From NCBI RefSeq assembly GCF_006345805.1, contig NC_043000.1, positions 113,832,001-113,896,000 of the forward strand: DNA of 64,000 nucleotides, in the 5' to 3' direction. The DNA comes from Octopus sinensis (Eukaryota). The notes beneath the pieces are model-generated. The model ran no database searches, had not been told where the DNA came from, and saw nothing but the letters and a program-made list of their open reading frames with translations. Shown here one piece after another: positions 23,655 to 36,554 of this stretch. How positions within the stretch are numbered: the stretch's first letter is position 1; each line of letters opens with the position of its first letter. The translations under genes and the position numbers were made by a program.

Positions 23655-24163
23655 TCTGTATGTGAGTGCGTGCGTTTCTAATGCACGTCTCATTGTCACT
23701 GCCGCCTCAATGTCTTCCTGCCTGCCTGCCTGTCTGTGTGACTGTTTGTCTCTTTGTTCCTTTGTCCCCAACACCCACCCACTTCTCTTTCTTGTACCAA
23801 CACGTCTATATCTTCACATACACATACGCACTTAACTACCTACATACACATTTATATATATATTATATATATATATAATAAGTATGTGTTAGTGTGTACA
23901 TAATATATAGGCACACACACGCACGTATTTGTAAGTATGATAATGTGGTGTATATCACTTTAGCTTTTCTGTTGCAATATATAACAGTGTATACATGTGT
24001 GTACAGGAATAAATGTATTTGCGTGTGTCTCTCTCCCGCGCTCTCATCCACTCATCCATCAATCCATACATACATACATACATACATACATACATACATA
24101 CATACATACATACATGCGTACATATTGCGTGTGTGTATGTGTGTATGTATACACATACATAAT

Positions 24164-24201
<38 letters not shown>

Positions 24202-24308
24202 TTATATATAATATACATGTAACTTTTCAAGAGGATATTTAGTGCATCAATATACCAGCTTCTGAACTTCCATAACCTCCTCAGCATAGTACCTTCCTAC
24301 AGACCAAC

Positions 24309-25410
24309 AGAATCTATAGAAGATGAAACGAAAGTATTAACCATGTTTTGAGTGAATGCAGTAAGCTAGCGCGAAAAGAGTGTAAGCGCAGGCATGACTG
24401 AATCGGTAGAAGAGTGCATTGAGATGTTAGCCGACAGTGTAGATTCAAAGTAGCAGAGAAGTGGTATGAACACGAACTAGAGGCTGTGATAAGGAATTGA
24501 TTTACAGCATTTTATGGGATTTCCTCATGAAAACTTAACATACTGTTGAAGCAAGAAGACCAGATGTGATGATAGATGACAAAAGAAACAGTACAAGATC
24601 ATAGACTTTGCAATACTATTTGAAAACAATGCGGATACCGAAGAAATTGAAAAATATTCTTTTCTACTCTAAGCACAAGGCCCGAAAGTTTTGGGGAGGT
24701 GGGGGTCAGTCGATTAGATCGACCCAGTACACAACTGGTGCTTAATTTATCGACATCGAAAGGATGAAAGGCATAGTGGACCTCGGCGGAGTTTGAACTC
24801 AGAACGTAAAGACAGATGAAATATTGCTAAGCATTTTGCCCGGAGTGCTAACGTTTCTTATTTCTTTACTGCTCACAAGGGGCTACACACAGAGGAGACA
24901 AATGGATTAAGTCGATTATATCGATCCCTGTGCGTAACTTGTACATTTTGCCCGGCATGCTAACGTTTCTGCCAGCTTGTCGCTTTTTTTGCGTGGAGCT
25001 TAGGTGTTTCGCTCACCCGGTCTGAGATTCGAACCCGCGATCCCTAGATCCCGAGTCCGCTGCTCTAACCACTAGGCCATGTGCCTCCACATGCTAACGT
25101 TTCTGCCAGCTCGCCGCCTTGAAATCGAAAAATATTTTTTTAAAATTCACAGCATAGACAAATAAATTTAAAAGACTGTGAAAAAGACAATTATTGGTGT
25201 GATAATTAGAGCATTTAGCACAAAACCCAAAATACTACAGAAGAGGCTGAAGGATATTGGAATTGAGACATGTTCTCGATCTGCAGATAAATGTCATCCA
25301 ATATTCTACAAGACTCTTAAGAAAGATTCATGAGATTTAAGGAGGCATGTCGCGAAACCTCAAAATAACATTCCTGCTAATTGATATTGCGTGTAATAGT
25401 AACAACAATA
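24309..25410 (+). pseudogene. R4/Dong-like LINE 3' part interrupted by nested SINEs
   Basis: INHVLSECSKLARKECKRRHD, EKWYEHE, ILWDF, RRPDVMIDDK, KIIDFAI; resumes ~25150 (KRLKDIGIET..LLRKIHEI*); AAT/AAC-like tail. Confidence 0.8.
24659..25120 (-). mobile_element. SINE family B dimer containing a nested family D fragment (24985-25090)
   Basis: 16-bp TSD gaaat(t/c)gaaaaatatt at 24643-24658 and 25121-25136; catgctaacgtttctgccagct is duplicated around the nested SINE. Confidence 0.85.
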
Positions 25411-25412
25411 AT

Positions 25413-25580
25413 CCTTTCTACTATAGGCACAAGGCCTGAAATTTTGGGGATGAGTCGATTATATCGACCCCTGTGCATAACTAGTATTTAATTTATCGGC
25501 CCTGAAAGGATCGCAGGCAAAGTCGACTCCGGGGGCATTTGGACTCAGAACGCGAAGACAGAAGAAATATACCGCTAAGT
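25413..25580 (-). mobile_element. SINE family B, diverged copy with short 3' end
   Basis: Similarity to other copies. Confidence 0.8.
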
Positions 25581-25583
25581 ATT

Positions 25584-25614
<31 letters not shown>

Positions 25615-25639
25615 TAATAATAATAAAATAATAATAATA

Positions 25640-25805
25640 AATTGGTACGACCACAAACCCGAAGGCATCATCGAAAATGATAATGCAAAGATCCTGTGGG
25701 ATTTTATGATCCAGTGCGACCATGAGATAGAGAAAAGGAAGCCAGACCGAGTCTTAATTGAGAAAGAAAGCAACGATGCTGGATCATAGATATAGCATGC
25801 CCAGC
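25640..25805 (+). pseudogene. 5'-truncated R4/Dong-like RLE fragment directly after (TAA)n
   Basis: WYDHKPEGIIENDNAKILWDFMIQCDHEIEKRKPD...CWIIDIACP; runs into the gap. Confidence 0.85.
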
Positions 25806-25905
25806 NNNNNNNNNNNNNNNNNNNNNNNNNNNNNNNNNNNNNNNNNNNNNNNNNNNNNNNNNNNNNNNNNNNNNNNNNNNNNNNNNNNNNNNNNNNNNNN
25901 NNNNN
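25806..25905. other. Assembly gap (100 N)
   Basis: Run of n. Confidence 1.
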
Positions 25906-26101
25906 TACATATATATATAAATACCATACGTAGCTATTCTAAATATATACACTCACTGGAGCAATAGTCGTTTATAATGTGAAAGCACCTACACGGTTTT
26001 TTAAACATGGGCACCGTTTAGTTGTAATACACTCACACTCACAAGTACTCACCCAGTCGCTATATACATACATACATTATACATACATACATACATACAT
26101 A

Positions 26102-26168
<67 letters not shown>

Positions 26169-26921
26169 ATATATATAATATATATATATATCGTATGTGT
26201 TTATAGATTTTGTATAGTGAGTGTATATGTGGCTGTGCGTGTGTGAGAGAGTGTAGAGACCAACCCCCCTGCTGTCAAGTGTGTATAAACGATGCGAAAG
26301 GGAGACGTGTGTAGAGGCGAGACGAAACGAGGAATTCAAAGAGAGATCTACATGCAAGGATTACATATTTCTGACCAATGTCTTCATATCGTTGTATCTT
26401 TGAGGGAAGCAAGTAAGTTACGAACAGCAATTCCTCGAACCATTTTTCACAGATCGCAATAATTAACCATGTATCTAAGCATATATTTGTGTACCTATTT
26501 ATTTATACCTTATATCTCGTGTGGTATGTATATATATAGATATATATATATATATTCTATATATATATAATATATATAATTCGTATATATATATATATGG
26601 AAATGACTGATAGCTATCTTTGTATCGATATCCTGTATCTATCTTTATATCTATATGTTTATCTCTGTATCAACCGATATGTTTGATTTGCTATCTGTAT
26701 ATCGATACTCATCTGATAACTTCTCCCTCCATTTCTGTCTGTGTGTGTGTGTGTGTTATGTATATTATATATATATATATACTGTATGTATGTATGTATA
26801 TGATGTTTACAAACAAGAGAAATGCGTTGTCAATGCAATATAGTTATTATTCTTTGTTACTTTCAACAATATAAACTAGAAACACAATAAGCTCAACTGT
26901 ATAATAAACTGCCTGAGTGTT

Positions 26922-26965
<44 letters not shown>

Positions 26966-27291
26966 TCTAATATATATATTATATAATGTATGTATGTATA
27001 TATAATGTATGTATTATGTGTGTGTATTAGATGTGTATTTGTGTCTGGCTATTTCTGTCTGTATTATGTCAGCGCCAGGTCAAGGCTGTGCTATCGAACT
27101 TGGGATCAAAGACATTCTGAGTATGACCATCCGTTCTTTGGGAGTACCTAGAACTAAAGGCAGGGTATGATTTTAAAGGATATTTAACAGCTATTTCTAG
27201 CAGCCCGGGCGATTACGAAGCGGCGTCCTTTTTGGTGCATGTATCACGCACCTTGTAGTACTTTGTATTTCAAATCCACACAGATAGATAT

Positions 27292-27324
<33 letters not shown>

Positions 27325-27325
27325 T

Positions 27326-27394
<69 letters not shown>

Positions 27395-27658
27395 TACACT
27401 GACCCAGGATGTTTGAAACGTACATATGTGATGTGTATACATATGTTTATATATGTTTGTGTATACATGTGTATATATATGTTTATTCATTTGCTTATAT
27501 ATTTATTGTTGCATATACACATATATACATAAACGTGTGTGTGTGTATATATATTATGCACAGACATGCATGTTTCTGTGTATAAAAATAGAGAGAGTGA
27601 GGATGGTGTGTGGAGAGAGCTGCAGGTAACCGTTGACAGAAAACCTCATTTGACATAT

Positions 27659-27714
<56 letters not shown>

Positions 27715-27734
27715 CATATATATAATATATATTC

Positions 27735-27772
<38 letters not shown>

Positions 27773-27910
27773 TATGCATATATATATATCTAATGCATGT
27801 ATATATATATGTTGCATGTATATATATATATCTATGCATGTATATATATATGTAGCATGTATATATATATGTCTGCATGTATATATGTATGTATGCATGT
27901 ATATATGTTG

Positions 27911-27942
<32 letters not shown>

Positions 27943-29196
27943 TGCATATATATATATATACACATATACTCACAAACATATATGCATATGTGTATATATA
28001 TATATATACACTTGCGTAATAATGTTGTTTATCCCCAGAGCAAGTCTGATTAAACTGACACATGATCAAAGATAATCCATTTTTGATCATATGTTTGTTC
28101 TTATATCCTGGATTATATAATATTATATTATCCTGTCCTCTTAAATACATCTTTTTTAAAATGATGAATTGGAATTAGGCAGTAGACTTCGTTGCTATTT
28201 CTAGCAGATCAAACTGCACTTAAAGGCAGCCCTTCTAGTGATTGTGTTTATGTATGTGCACATGCGTGCTTCTGTTTTTGTTTTGTGTGTGTGTGTGTGT
28301 TTATATGTCTTCGTAGAGATGATACCCGTTCTGTAGTAAACCATTACTACTGTGAAAATTTGGTAGGGCGCCAGAAGAAGCGTTGGTGCCCGACTTTCAA
28401 ACGATGTCAAAAACAACATACCACTATCTTCATTGTCACCGCCACCACCACCACCATCATCACCACCACCACCATCATCATTAGACCCAGCAGTAGCAAC
28501 ACCGCCGCCGCCCCCAACAAGCACTACCTTCACCGCCACCGCCTCAACTATAACAGCTACCACCACCATCATCATCATCATCATCATATTGAGCTTTCTT
28601 AATACTTTCAAGACGGACCATTTAGATTTCACATACTGACAACTATATCTCTATAGAAACGAATAACTTGGATCGAATCTGTAGCTTCCTTCTACACTTT
28701 AGACAAAATGGGCTGTATGTATGTATGTAGGGTGTTTTGGGTATACGTTGAGTGTGTATATATGTGTGTATATGTGCATGTATTTATACATGTGTTAAGA
28801 CATGTCTTCCAACATTTTGAATGCAAGTGAAGGCAGAAAGCGAATGAGAGTCAAGAGTAAACACACATCTCCCTGTGTTAACTGTATTTACGTTTTAATA
28901 TAACTCAGATGTGCTGCAGCCTAACCGTTTATCTATTGTATATATATATGTATATATGCACACATTGTATATATCCTATTTACATAGGATATATATACAT
29001 ATAGTCATTTGCACACACAGACACACATACGTATATATCATGCAAAAAACGACCGTTTGTATAGTAATACAGGCATTTACAAACACAGACACACATGCAC
29101 ATACAGTATTTGATTTAGAATCGGTGAGACCCCACTTGGCAGGACCTGATCAAGACCCTTAGAGGTCCTAAGTACTTAAAAGATTTTGCTGTCCCC

Positions 29197-29364
29197 GTGG
29201 TTCTGGGTTCAATCCCTCTGCGTGACACCTTGGGCAAGTGTCTTCTACTATAGCCTCGGGCCGACCAAATCCTTGTGAGTGGATTTGGTAGACGGAAACT
29301 GAAAGAAACCCGTCGTATACATACATATATACATACATACATACATAATACATACATACATACA

Positions 29365-29395
<31 letters not shown>

Positions 29396-29418
29396 GTATG
29401 TATGTGTATATATATGTA

Positions 29419-29466
<48 letters not shown>

Positions 29467-29475
29467 ATATATATC

Positions 29476-29510
<35 letters not shown>

Positions 29511-29725
29511 TATGAGTGTTGTGTGTTGGTGTTGTCCTCCCCAACATGTCTTGAACCGATGTTGATGTGTTTACGTCCCCAAAACTTAGCGGTTCGGCAA
29601 AAAGGAACCGATAGAATAAGTACTAGGCTTACAAAGTATAAGTCCTGAGGTCAATTTGCTCGACTAAAGGCGGTGCTCCAGCATGGCCACAGTCAAATGA
29701 CTGAAACAAATAAAAGAAAAAAACG
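29197..29725 (+). mobile_element. SINE family A with expanded (CATA)/(TA) linker
   Basis: Consensus match; CpGs mostly retained. Confidence 0.88.
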
Positions 29726-29874
29726 AAAAGAATATATATATATATTACACATATATGTGTAATTCGAAATATAAAAACAATAATAAACCATAAAAATAAA
29801 TTTTCATTTTTCAAAACTTGTCAGTGAGATGAGAAAATAATGTTTATTTTTGTATACTTCCACTTTATTTATAT

Positions 29875-30334
29875 TTATTCTTTTACTTGTTTCAGTCATT
29901 TGACTGCGGCCATGCTGGAGCACCGCCTTCGGTCGAACAAATCGACCCCAGGACTTATTCTTTGTAAGCCTAGTACTTATTCTATGGGCTTCTTTTGCCG
30001 AAATGCTAAGTAACAGGGACATAACCACACCAGCATTGGTTGTCAAGCGATGTTGGGGTGGGGACACAAATATATACACACATACATATATATATATATT
30101 ATCATCATTGTTTAACATCTGCTTTCCATGCTAGCATGGGTTGGACGAATGACTGAGGTCTGGCGAACCAGATGGCTGCACCAGGCTTCAATCTTGATCT
30201 GGCAGATTTTCTACAGCTGGATGCCCTTCCTAATGCCAACCACTTAGAGAGTGTAGTGGGTGCTTTTACGTGCCATCGGCATGGGGCCAGTCAGTGGGTA
30301 CTGGCAACGACATCTATATCTATCTATCTATCTA

Positions 30335-30377
<43 letters not shown>

Positions 30378-30830
30378 GACGGGTTTCTTTCAGTTTCTGT
30401 CTATCAAATTCCAATCACAAGGCTTTGGTTGGCCTGAGGCTATATATAGTAGAAGACACTTGCCCAAGGTGCTACACAGTGGGACTGAACCTGGAACCAT
30501 ATATATATATGTGTGTGTGTGTGTACTATAGCCTCTGACTGAACAATGCCTTGTGAGTGGATTTCATACACGGAAATTGAAAGAAGACTGTCGTATATAT
30601 GTGTATATTTGTGTGTCTGTGTTTGTACCCCCACCATCAGTTGACAGCCAATGTTGTTGTGTTTACATTCCTGTAACTTAGTGGTTCAGCAAAACACGCC
30701 GATAGAATAAGTACTAGGCTTACAAAGAATGAATCCTGGGCTCAATTTGTTCAACTAAAGGCATTACTCCAGCATGGCTGCAGTCATATGAATGAAACAA
30801 ATAAAACAATAAGAAACTATGCTGTTGTAA
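29875..30830. mobile_element. Cluster: SINE A fragments (29875-30070 minus, 30375-30490 minus, 30528-30810 plus) and an RTE 3' end (30100-30312 minus)
   Basis: Similarity to fuller copies in the window. Confidence 0.8.
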
Positions 30831-30860
30831 TCCCAAGCAACGCCGGGTATCTCTGGTAGT

Positions 30861-30912
<52 letters not shown>

Positions 30913-30989
30913 TATACATATATATGTATGTATGTATATGTGTATATGTGTGTGCATGTGCATGCACACATTTGTATGTATATATATGT

Positions 30990-31210
30990 AAAGGCAGCGA
31001 GCTGGCAGAATCGTTAGCACACCAGGTGAAAGGCTTAGAGGCATTTTGTCTACCACTACATTCTGAGTTCAAATTCCGCCAAGGTCGACTTTGCGTTTCA
31101 TCCTTTGGGGAGTTGATAAATTAAGTACCAGTGAAACACTGGGGTCGATCTAATTGACTAGTCCCCTCTCCACCAAATTTCAGGCCTGGTGTCCAAAGTA
31201 GAAAGGATTA
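30990..31210 (+). mobile_element. SINE family B monomer, short 3' end
   Basis: Head ggcagcgagctggcagaatcgttagc. Confidence 0.87.
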
Positions 31211-31633
31211 TAGTATCATGCACTCCAATCATACACCTGGCACTACATACTTACCAGAAAAACCAGAGTGGTACTATACTGCATCGTATAGAATGAGAAT
31301 TTTAAAGATTTGGTTTGTAAATTTTTTGTCTGGTACAATTATGTACCAGCTGGGCCGAAAAGGTTAACATGTCTTGGTCACATGATTCAATGAAATTAGC
31401 AATAAGAACAATGTCAACCAATTTGACACTGCGAAGTTTCATAAGTCACTTCTCTTGAAAATTATTAATTAAGGCAATAGATTTTAGTAGAATTTTACAT
31501 CAGAGACAATTATTTCTAGAATTTATAAGTACTTGAGAGACTTCTTGACACAAATTCTGCTTGGATATAAGCATAGGGTTGTCTAATAGTACTGACACGT
31601 ATTCATTTAGGATTATTGTATGTCTTGGATACC

Positions 31634-31763
31634 TTAACCTTTAGTATGCTTGGGCACATTATGTAGAGTTTTCTCCCCTGTAGCTACAGGCACATTGTGT
31701 CACATTGAGAGGGGAGAAAACTCATATGGCAACATGATGCTCCTTCAGCATGCTTAAGGTTAA
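31634..31763. mobile_element. piggyBac-like MITE
   Basis: TTAA at 31634-37 and 31760-63; ends cctttagtatgct / agcatgcttaagg; internal 14-bp inverted repeat 31666-79 / 31710-23. Confidence 0.65.
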
Positions 31764-32029
31764 GTATAAAGTTTCACTCTGTAGATTTTGGCTTCTATAG
31801 AGATGACAGGTTAGCTAGCTCTAAAACTGTAAAAGAGAATACTTTAAGCAAACTAGTGAAGAATGATATTCAAACACTGTTTTGGTTTTCAAAATCACTA
31901 TAGCAACAAACTTAATGTTTGTTAATTTCTCAGGCATCTCTATTATAAATTTAAACATTAGCTCATACAAACTCTTTAAAAAACCAGATGAAAAGCTCAC
32001 CTAAAGCTAGCATAGATTCATACCAGTCA

Positions 32030-32260
32030 CCTCATCATCATCATCATCATCATCGTCATCGTTTAACGTCTGCTTTCCATGGGTTGGACAATTTGACTGA
32101 GGACTGGCGAACCAGATGGCTGCACCAGGCTCCAATTCTTGATCTGGCAGAGTTTCTAGAGCTGGATGCCCTTCCTAGCACTAACCACACCGAGGGTGTA
32201 GTGGGTGCTTTTATGTTCCACCGGCACGTGGGTCAGTCAGGCAGTACTGGCAACAGCCAC
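32030..32260 (-). mobile_element. RTE LINE 3' end
   Basis: (GAT)n tail plus 3' UTR. Confidence 0.85.
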
Positions 32261-33037
32261 AAAAAAATCGTTTTTATAGTATTCAAAATCCTAGTCATCA
32301 ACATAAGTGGAAGCATCCTGCATTTGTCCTCAAGTAAAGAGATCTTTGATGGAGCAACTCCTTGCTATAATAATGCTGCAGAAGGGAGTGGTTCAAAAAT
32401 AAATTTGCCTACACCCAACCTTTAAAATTAAAATGGCACCATAATATCATTTGGTTTACACCTCAATGATTTGCTAAGTCTAACATAGCTCAAAACCATC
32501 CTATGTTTAATAGATAAGCACTGTATCCCTCCTAACCATAGAAATATGAAACTGTTTAAGAAACAGACTCAAAGATAAGCATTGACAAGCTGAAAGTGGG
32601 GACATATTAGTGAGAGAAGGAGAAATGCTGAGGGGTGGGGGGGGCTAGACTGACGGAAGGAAGAAGGAATAGCAGTGAAGGAGGGTAGTGTCTGGAGTGG
32701 GGGAGAGAGTAATGTGTGTGAGAGAGGGAGAGTTAAAGTTTGAAGAATATTAGTGAAGACAATTGATGGGAAGAGAGTGATCAAATGATGAGTAGTAATA
32801 GAGATGGGCAATGGTGAATGATATGAGGTGGAGGGACCATTGGCTAGCAGCAGAGAAGGGTCATATTTGAAGAATATTAAAAGCGATGAGCTGGTAGAAT
32901 TGTTAGCACATTGGTCTAACCCAGTTTACCCTTGTGCAACCCTTAAAATAAATTACATGTCTCAAGGAACCCCTGGACAAAAAAATAATATCCCATATCT
33001 TTCTCATATATTTTTCATCATAGTTCACATGGTAAAT

Positions 33038-33067
<30 letters not shown>

Positions 33068-33068
<1 letters not shown>

Positions 33069-33270
33069 GGTGCTTTTACGTGGCACGTAAAAAGCATCCA
33101 CTACACTCACGGAGTGGTTGGCGTTAGGAAGGACATCAAGCCGTAGAAACACTGCCAGATCTGACTGGGCCTGATGAAGCCTTCCGGCTTCATAGACCCC
33201 AGTTGAACCGTCCAACCCATGCTAGCATGGAAAACGGACGCTAAATGATGATGATGATGATGATGATGAT
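33068..33270 (+). mobile_element. RTE LINE 3' end
   Basis: ggcacgtaaaaagc...ggagtggttggcgttaggaagg...catgctagcatggaaaacggacgctaaa(tga)n. Confidence 0.87.
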
Positions 33271-33273
33271 ATA

Positions 33274-33308
<35 letters not shown>

Positions 33309-33454
33309 ATATATAGGCCACTGGTATTTATAGAGTGTTAAACACTTTCGGTATGCAAATTAGGGACTCCTTCATAGAGTAATTGCTGCATTTGTTGAGT
33401 ATATAAACAGTTTGGCTGCTTGTTTCTCTGGAGACTGTCAAAGTGATGTAGACG

Positions 33455-33495
33455 CCTCTGACGAGAATTCAATAAGGTTCGAAAATCGATTAAGG
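33455..33495 (+). ncRNA. Canonical minimal type-I hammerhead ribozyme
   Basis: P1 cct/agg, CUGACGA (33458-64), stem II GAAT/GTTC, GAAA, palindromic helix III AATCGATT, UUA triplet; tatataaa ~50 nt upstream. Confidence 0.8.
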
Positions 33496-33539
33496 TTCAT
33501 TGTTTTTTTCAGTCTGCAGAGAAATGGCTAAAATTTGCC

Positions 33540-33840
33540 TTTTTTACTCTTTGACTTGTTTCAGTCATTTGACTGCAGCCATGCTGGAGCACTGCCTTTA
33601 GTTGAGCAAATCGACCCCAGGACTTATTCTTTGTAAACCTAATACTTGTTCTATCGGTCTCTTTTGCTGAACACCTAAGTTACGGGGATGTAAACACACA
33701 AGCATCGGTTGTCAAGCAATGGGTCAACTTTGCCTTTCATCCTTTTGGGGTCAATAGAATGAGTATTGGTTGAGCTCTGGGGTCAATATAATCAATTTAC
33801 CCCCTCCCCCAAATTTGTTGGCCTTGTGCCAAAATTTGAA
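33540..33840. mobile_element. SINE A fragment (minus) fused to a SINE B fragment (plus)
   Basis: Similarity to other copies; strong CpG decay. Confidence 0.75.
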
Positions 33841-34080
33841 ACTTGTATTTGGGGAATACTGGGGGAAGACAGTTTGAATACCATCATTGCTGGGTGGGTG
33901 TCATGAAGGGAGGGGATGCTGAGTGATTTTGAAGACAAACATACCCAGCACCATCCCTTGTCTACACTGGTGGTATGGTACAGTAAAATAAGAGAGTGAG
34001 AGTGATGGATGAGAGACTAATGAATAATGAGTGGTTTCTCGAGAGTATATAAGAAGATAGTGTTTATGTAAGTCAGGCTA

Positions 34081-34148
34081 GTGTCCTCATCTTGATTGTT
34101 GGTTTCACAACATTTCACCTGCTGTATGCTCCAGCCGTCTTCAGGTGT
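34081..34148 (-). mobile_element. Penelope pLTR end, family Z, with a decayed hammerhead
   Basis: Homologous to 20276-20340 and 34833-34895 (ctgaagacggctg...cagc..gaaa.gttgtg..caacaatcaagatg). Confidence 0.55.
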
Positions 34149-34164
34149 CTTGTTTAAGCTTAGT

Positions 34165-34545
34165 TATTCATCATCATCATTGTTTAATGTCCGCTTTCCA
34201 TGCCAGCATGGGTTGGATGATTTTGACTGAGGGCTGGCGAACCAGATGGCCACACCAGGCTCCAATCTTGATCTGGCAGAATTTCTACAGCTGGATGCCC
34301 TTCCTAACGCCAACGACTCTGAGAGTGTAGTGGGTGCTTTTTACGTGCCACCGGGACAGGCCCAGTCAGGCGGTACTGGCAATGACCTTGCTCGAATCTT
34401 TTTACACATGCCACCAGCACAGGTGCCAGTTGGCTGCTCTGGCAACGATCACGCTTGGATGGTGCTCTTGGCACCCTACTAGTATGGACACAAGTGCCAG
34501 TAAGGTGATGCTGGTAACGATCACGCTCGATTGGTGCCCTTTTAT
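34165..34545 (-). mobile_element. RTE 3' end with about four tandem UTR units
   Basis: Colinear with 61553-61950. Confidence 0.85.
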
Positions 34546-34832
34546 TATTATGGAATTTTGAATCTAACTGTGTCTTTGATCCACAAGGGTAAATTCTTCT
34601 CATTCTGCTTTCTGTGTTTTGTGGCACTTTTTGCTTCAGTTAGTTTTTGTGAATTACCTTGCATGGGATTGAATTCAAAACCTCTAGGGCATCGCACTAT
34701 TGCACTTACTGGGGACCTGAGAATCTGCATATTAGGGAAGAATGCAGATAGTCGAATGAGAACCATGTACCCACCCATGGCTCAAACAAAGAGTTAGGTT
34801 TGAAATTCCAATACAACTGAGTTTGACATGAG

Positions 34833-34895
34833 ACACTTGCTGAAGGCTGGAATGTACAACAGCCAAAACGTAGTGAAAAAGCAACAATCAAGATG
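34833..34895 (+). mobile_element. Penelope pLTR end, family Z, with a decayed hammerhead
   Basis: ctgaaggctgg...cagccaaaacgtagtg (G12 lost by CpG decay). Confidence 0.5.
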
Positions 34896-35059
34896 TCAAC
34901 ACCAGTCTAATATAAATAGTAAGCACAATATAAATTCCTTATCTCAGACATATAGGATTGTATTATATAAGAGGAATATATTATAACCAGCCAGAAATAT
35001 AAATGTTGATATATTATACACCCCCAACCATCACCAGCACCACCTCCACCACTTTAACA

Positions 35060-35655
35060 ACTTGGCATTAGAATGGGCATCCAGCCATAGAAAACCATAC
35101 CAAATCAGACTGGATCCTGGTGCAGCCTTCCAGCATGCCAGCCCAGTCAAGTCAAACTGTCCAATCCATGCCAGCATGGACACTGGATTCTAAATGATGA
35201 TGATGAGGAGGAGGATTTGTCCTGTCTGCACAGAGCACCAGGTTTTCCCAGCACCTCATGCTACATTCATCTTTTGAACATTGGGCCTCACGGAAGCAAA
35301 GTGGCTGAGTTCCTTTTGAGTGTTGGGCCTAATGGAAGCAATGACCAGGACCTTTGGCATTATGTCGTGCCTGAGAAGAAGACCCATCAAGCTGAGCAAA
35401 ATTGCAGTTGTGGTAGATGCTGGTGTGATGCAAATTGGCACCTGTGCTGGTGGTACATAAATGCAACTTGGTGTCATGCAAATGGCACCAGTGACATGTA
35501 AAAGCACCCATTACACTCTGAGTGGTTGGCATTACGAAGCTCTTCCAGCCATATCATGCCAAATCAGACTGGAGTCTGGTGCAGCCTTCTAGCTTACCAG
35601 CCCAGTCAAACCGTCCCACCCATTCCAGGATGGACAATAGATGTCAAATGATGAT
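35060..35655 (+). mobile_element. Two RTE 3' ends; the second keeps the ORF C-terminus
   Basis: LGLMEAMT..DLWHYVVPEKKTHQAEQN resembles the C-terminus at 62090-62195. Confidence 0.75.
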
Positions 35656-36300
35656 GATAAAGCAGGGCCAATTCATTTCTTTATAACTGTTGTAGATTCT
35701 TTGCACTGAAAGCCCGTACTTCACCACTGTGCATGCACACTTGTGTGTGTGCGTGTGTGTGTAAGATAAATCTGATTATATGCTTGAAGAAACCCACAAA
35801 TTAAAAATTAATTTCAATTTTAATAACAGAGCAAAATTGAATTTCTTCTATGTTTCCTTACAAAGTGGTCATGTTTCAATTACTGTATCATCAGAAAAAA
35901 CTTCTGATAGTATCATATGTCCAATTTGTAAAGAAACATTACACACACACACATTTAGATCCATACGCATGCATACAAAGAAACATACATGGATGCACGT
36001 ACGTATTAGTTAAATGCCTGCACAGATATTAACTTGGTTTTATTTACATATCACTCAGCTAACACATTAAACCCTCTGACCAGACCTGGTTTGTGACCTT
36101 CTCCACACACACACACACACAGTTATGTATATATACAAAAATACATACACATTCAAGCCCATAATTGTGCACTTATACACACAATCAAACTATGATGAGC
36201 AAATTACGGAAAGGCCAAATAACACAAAACAATAACAGTAGGAATGAGAGGACTTCAATCACCTGTAGGTTATTATGAGGCAGTGACCTATAGGTTGTGT

Positions 36301-36530
36301 CAGTGGTTCTGAACCATTTTTTATCTGTGGACCCCCATAGCCATTCAGCGTTTAAAAACTAGTTTTATAGATATTACTTTTGAAATGCATATTTTGTTTA
36401 TCACCCATTCACTTGTGTAAGTTTAACTATGGAAAATGTCAGAGAAAGAAACTTGGATGTTTCTAGCAGTTAATAAATCTAAAGCAAAAATTTTTCATGG
36501 ACCCTAAATATACTTCTGTAGGTCCCCAAT
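36301..36530. mobile_element. Possible hAT-type MITE remnant
   Basis: Left end cagtggttctgaacc...gtggacccc; right end only partly recognisable. Confidence 0.4.
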
Positions 36531-36554
36531 TCGCTATTTTGCTTGCATCATTAT

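Noticed and set aside
25806-25905. Assembly gap as the cause of the left/right compositional switch
   Set aside because: CpG-rich sequence continues about 4 kb beyond the gap before the change
26352-26412. Possible first coding exon MQGLHISDQCLHIVVSLREA with gtaagt donor
   Set aside because: The position near the CpG boundary is attractive, but the peptide is unrecognised and such signals occur by chance
29110-29197. R4-like LINE extreme 3' end ([10 protein letters not shown])
   Set aside because: Plausible, but too short to support as a feature
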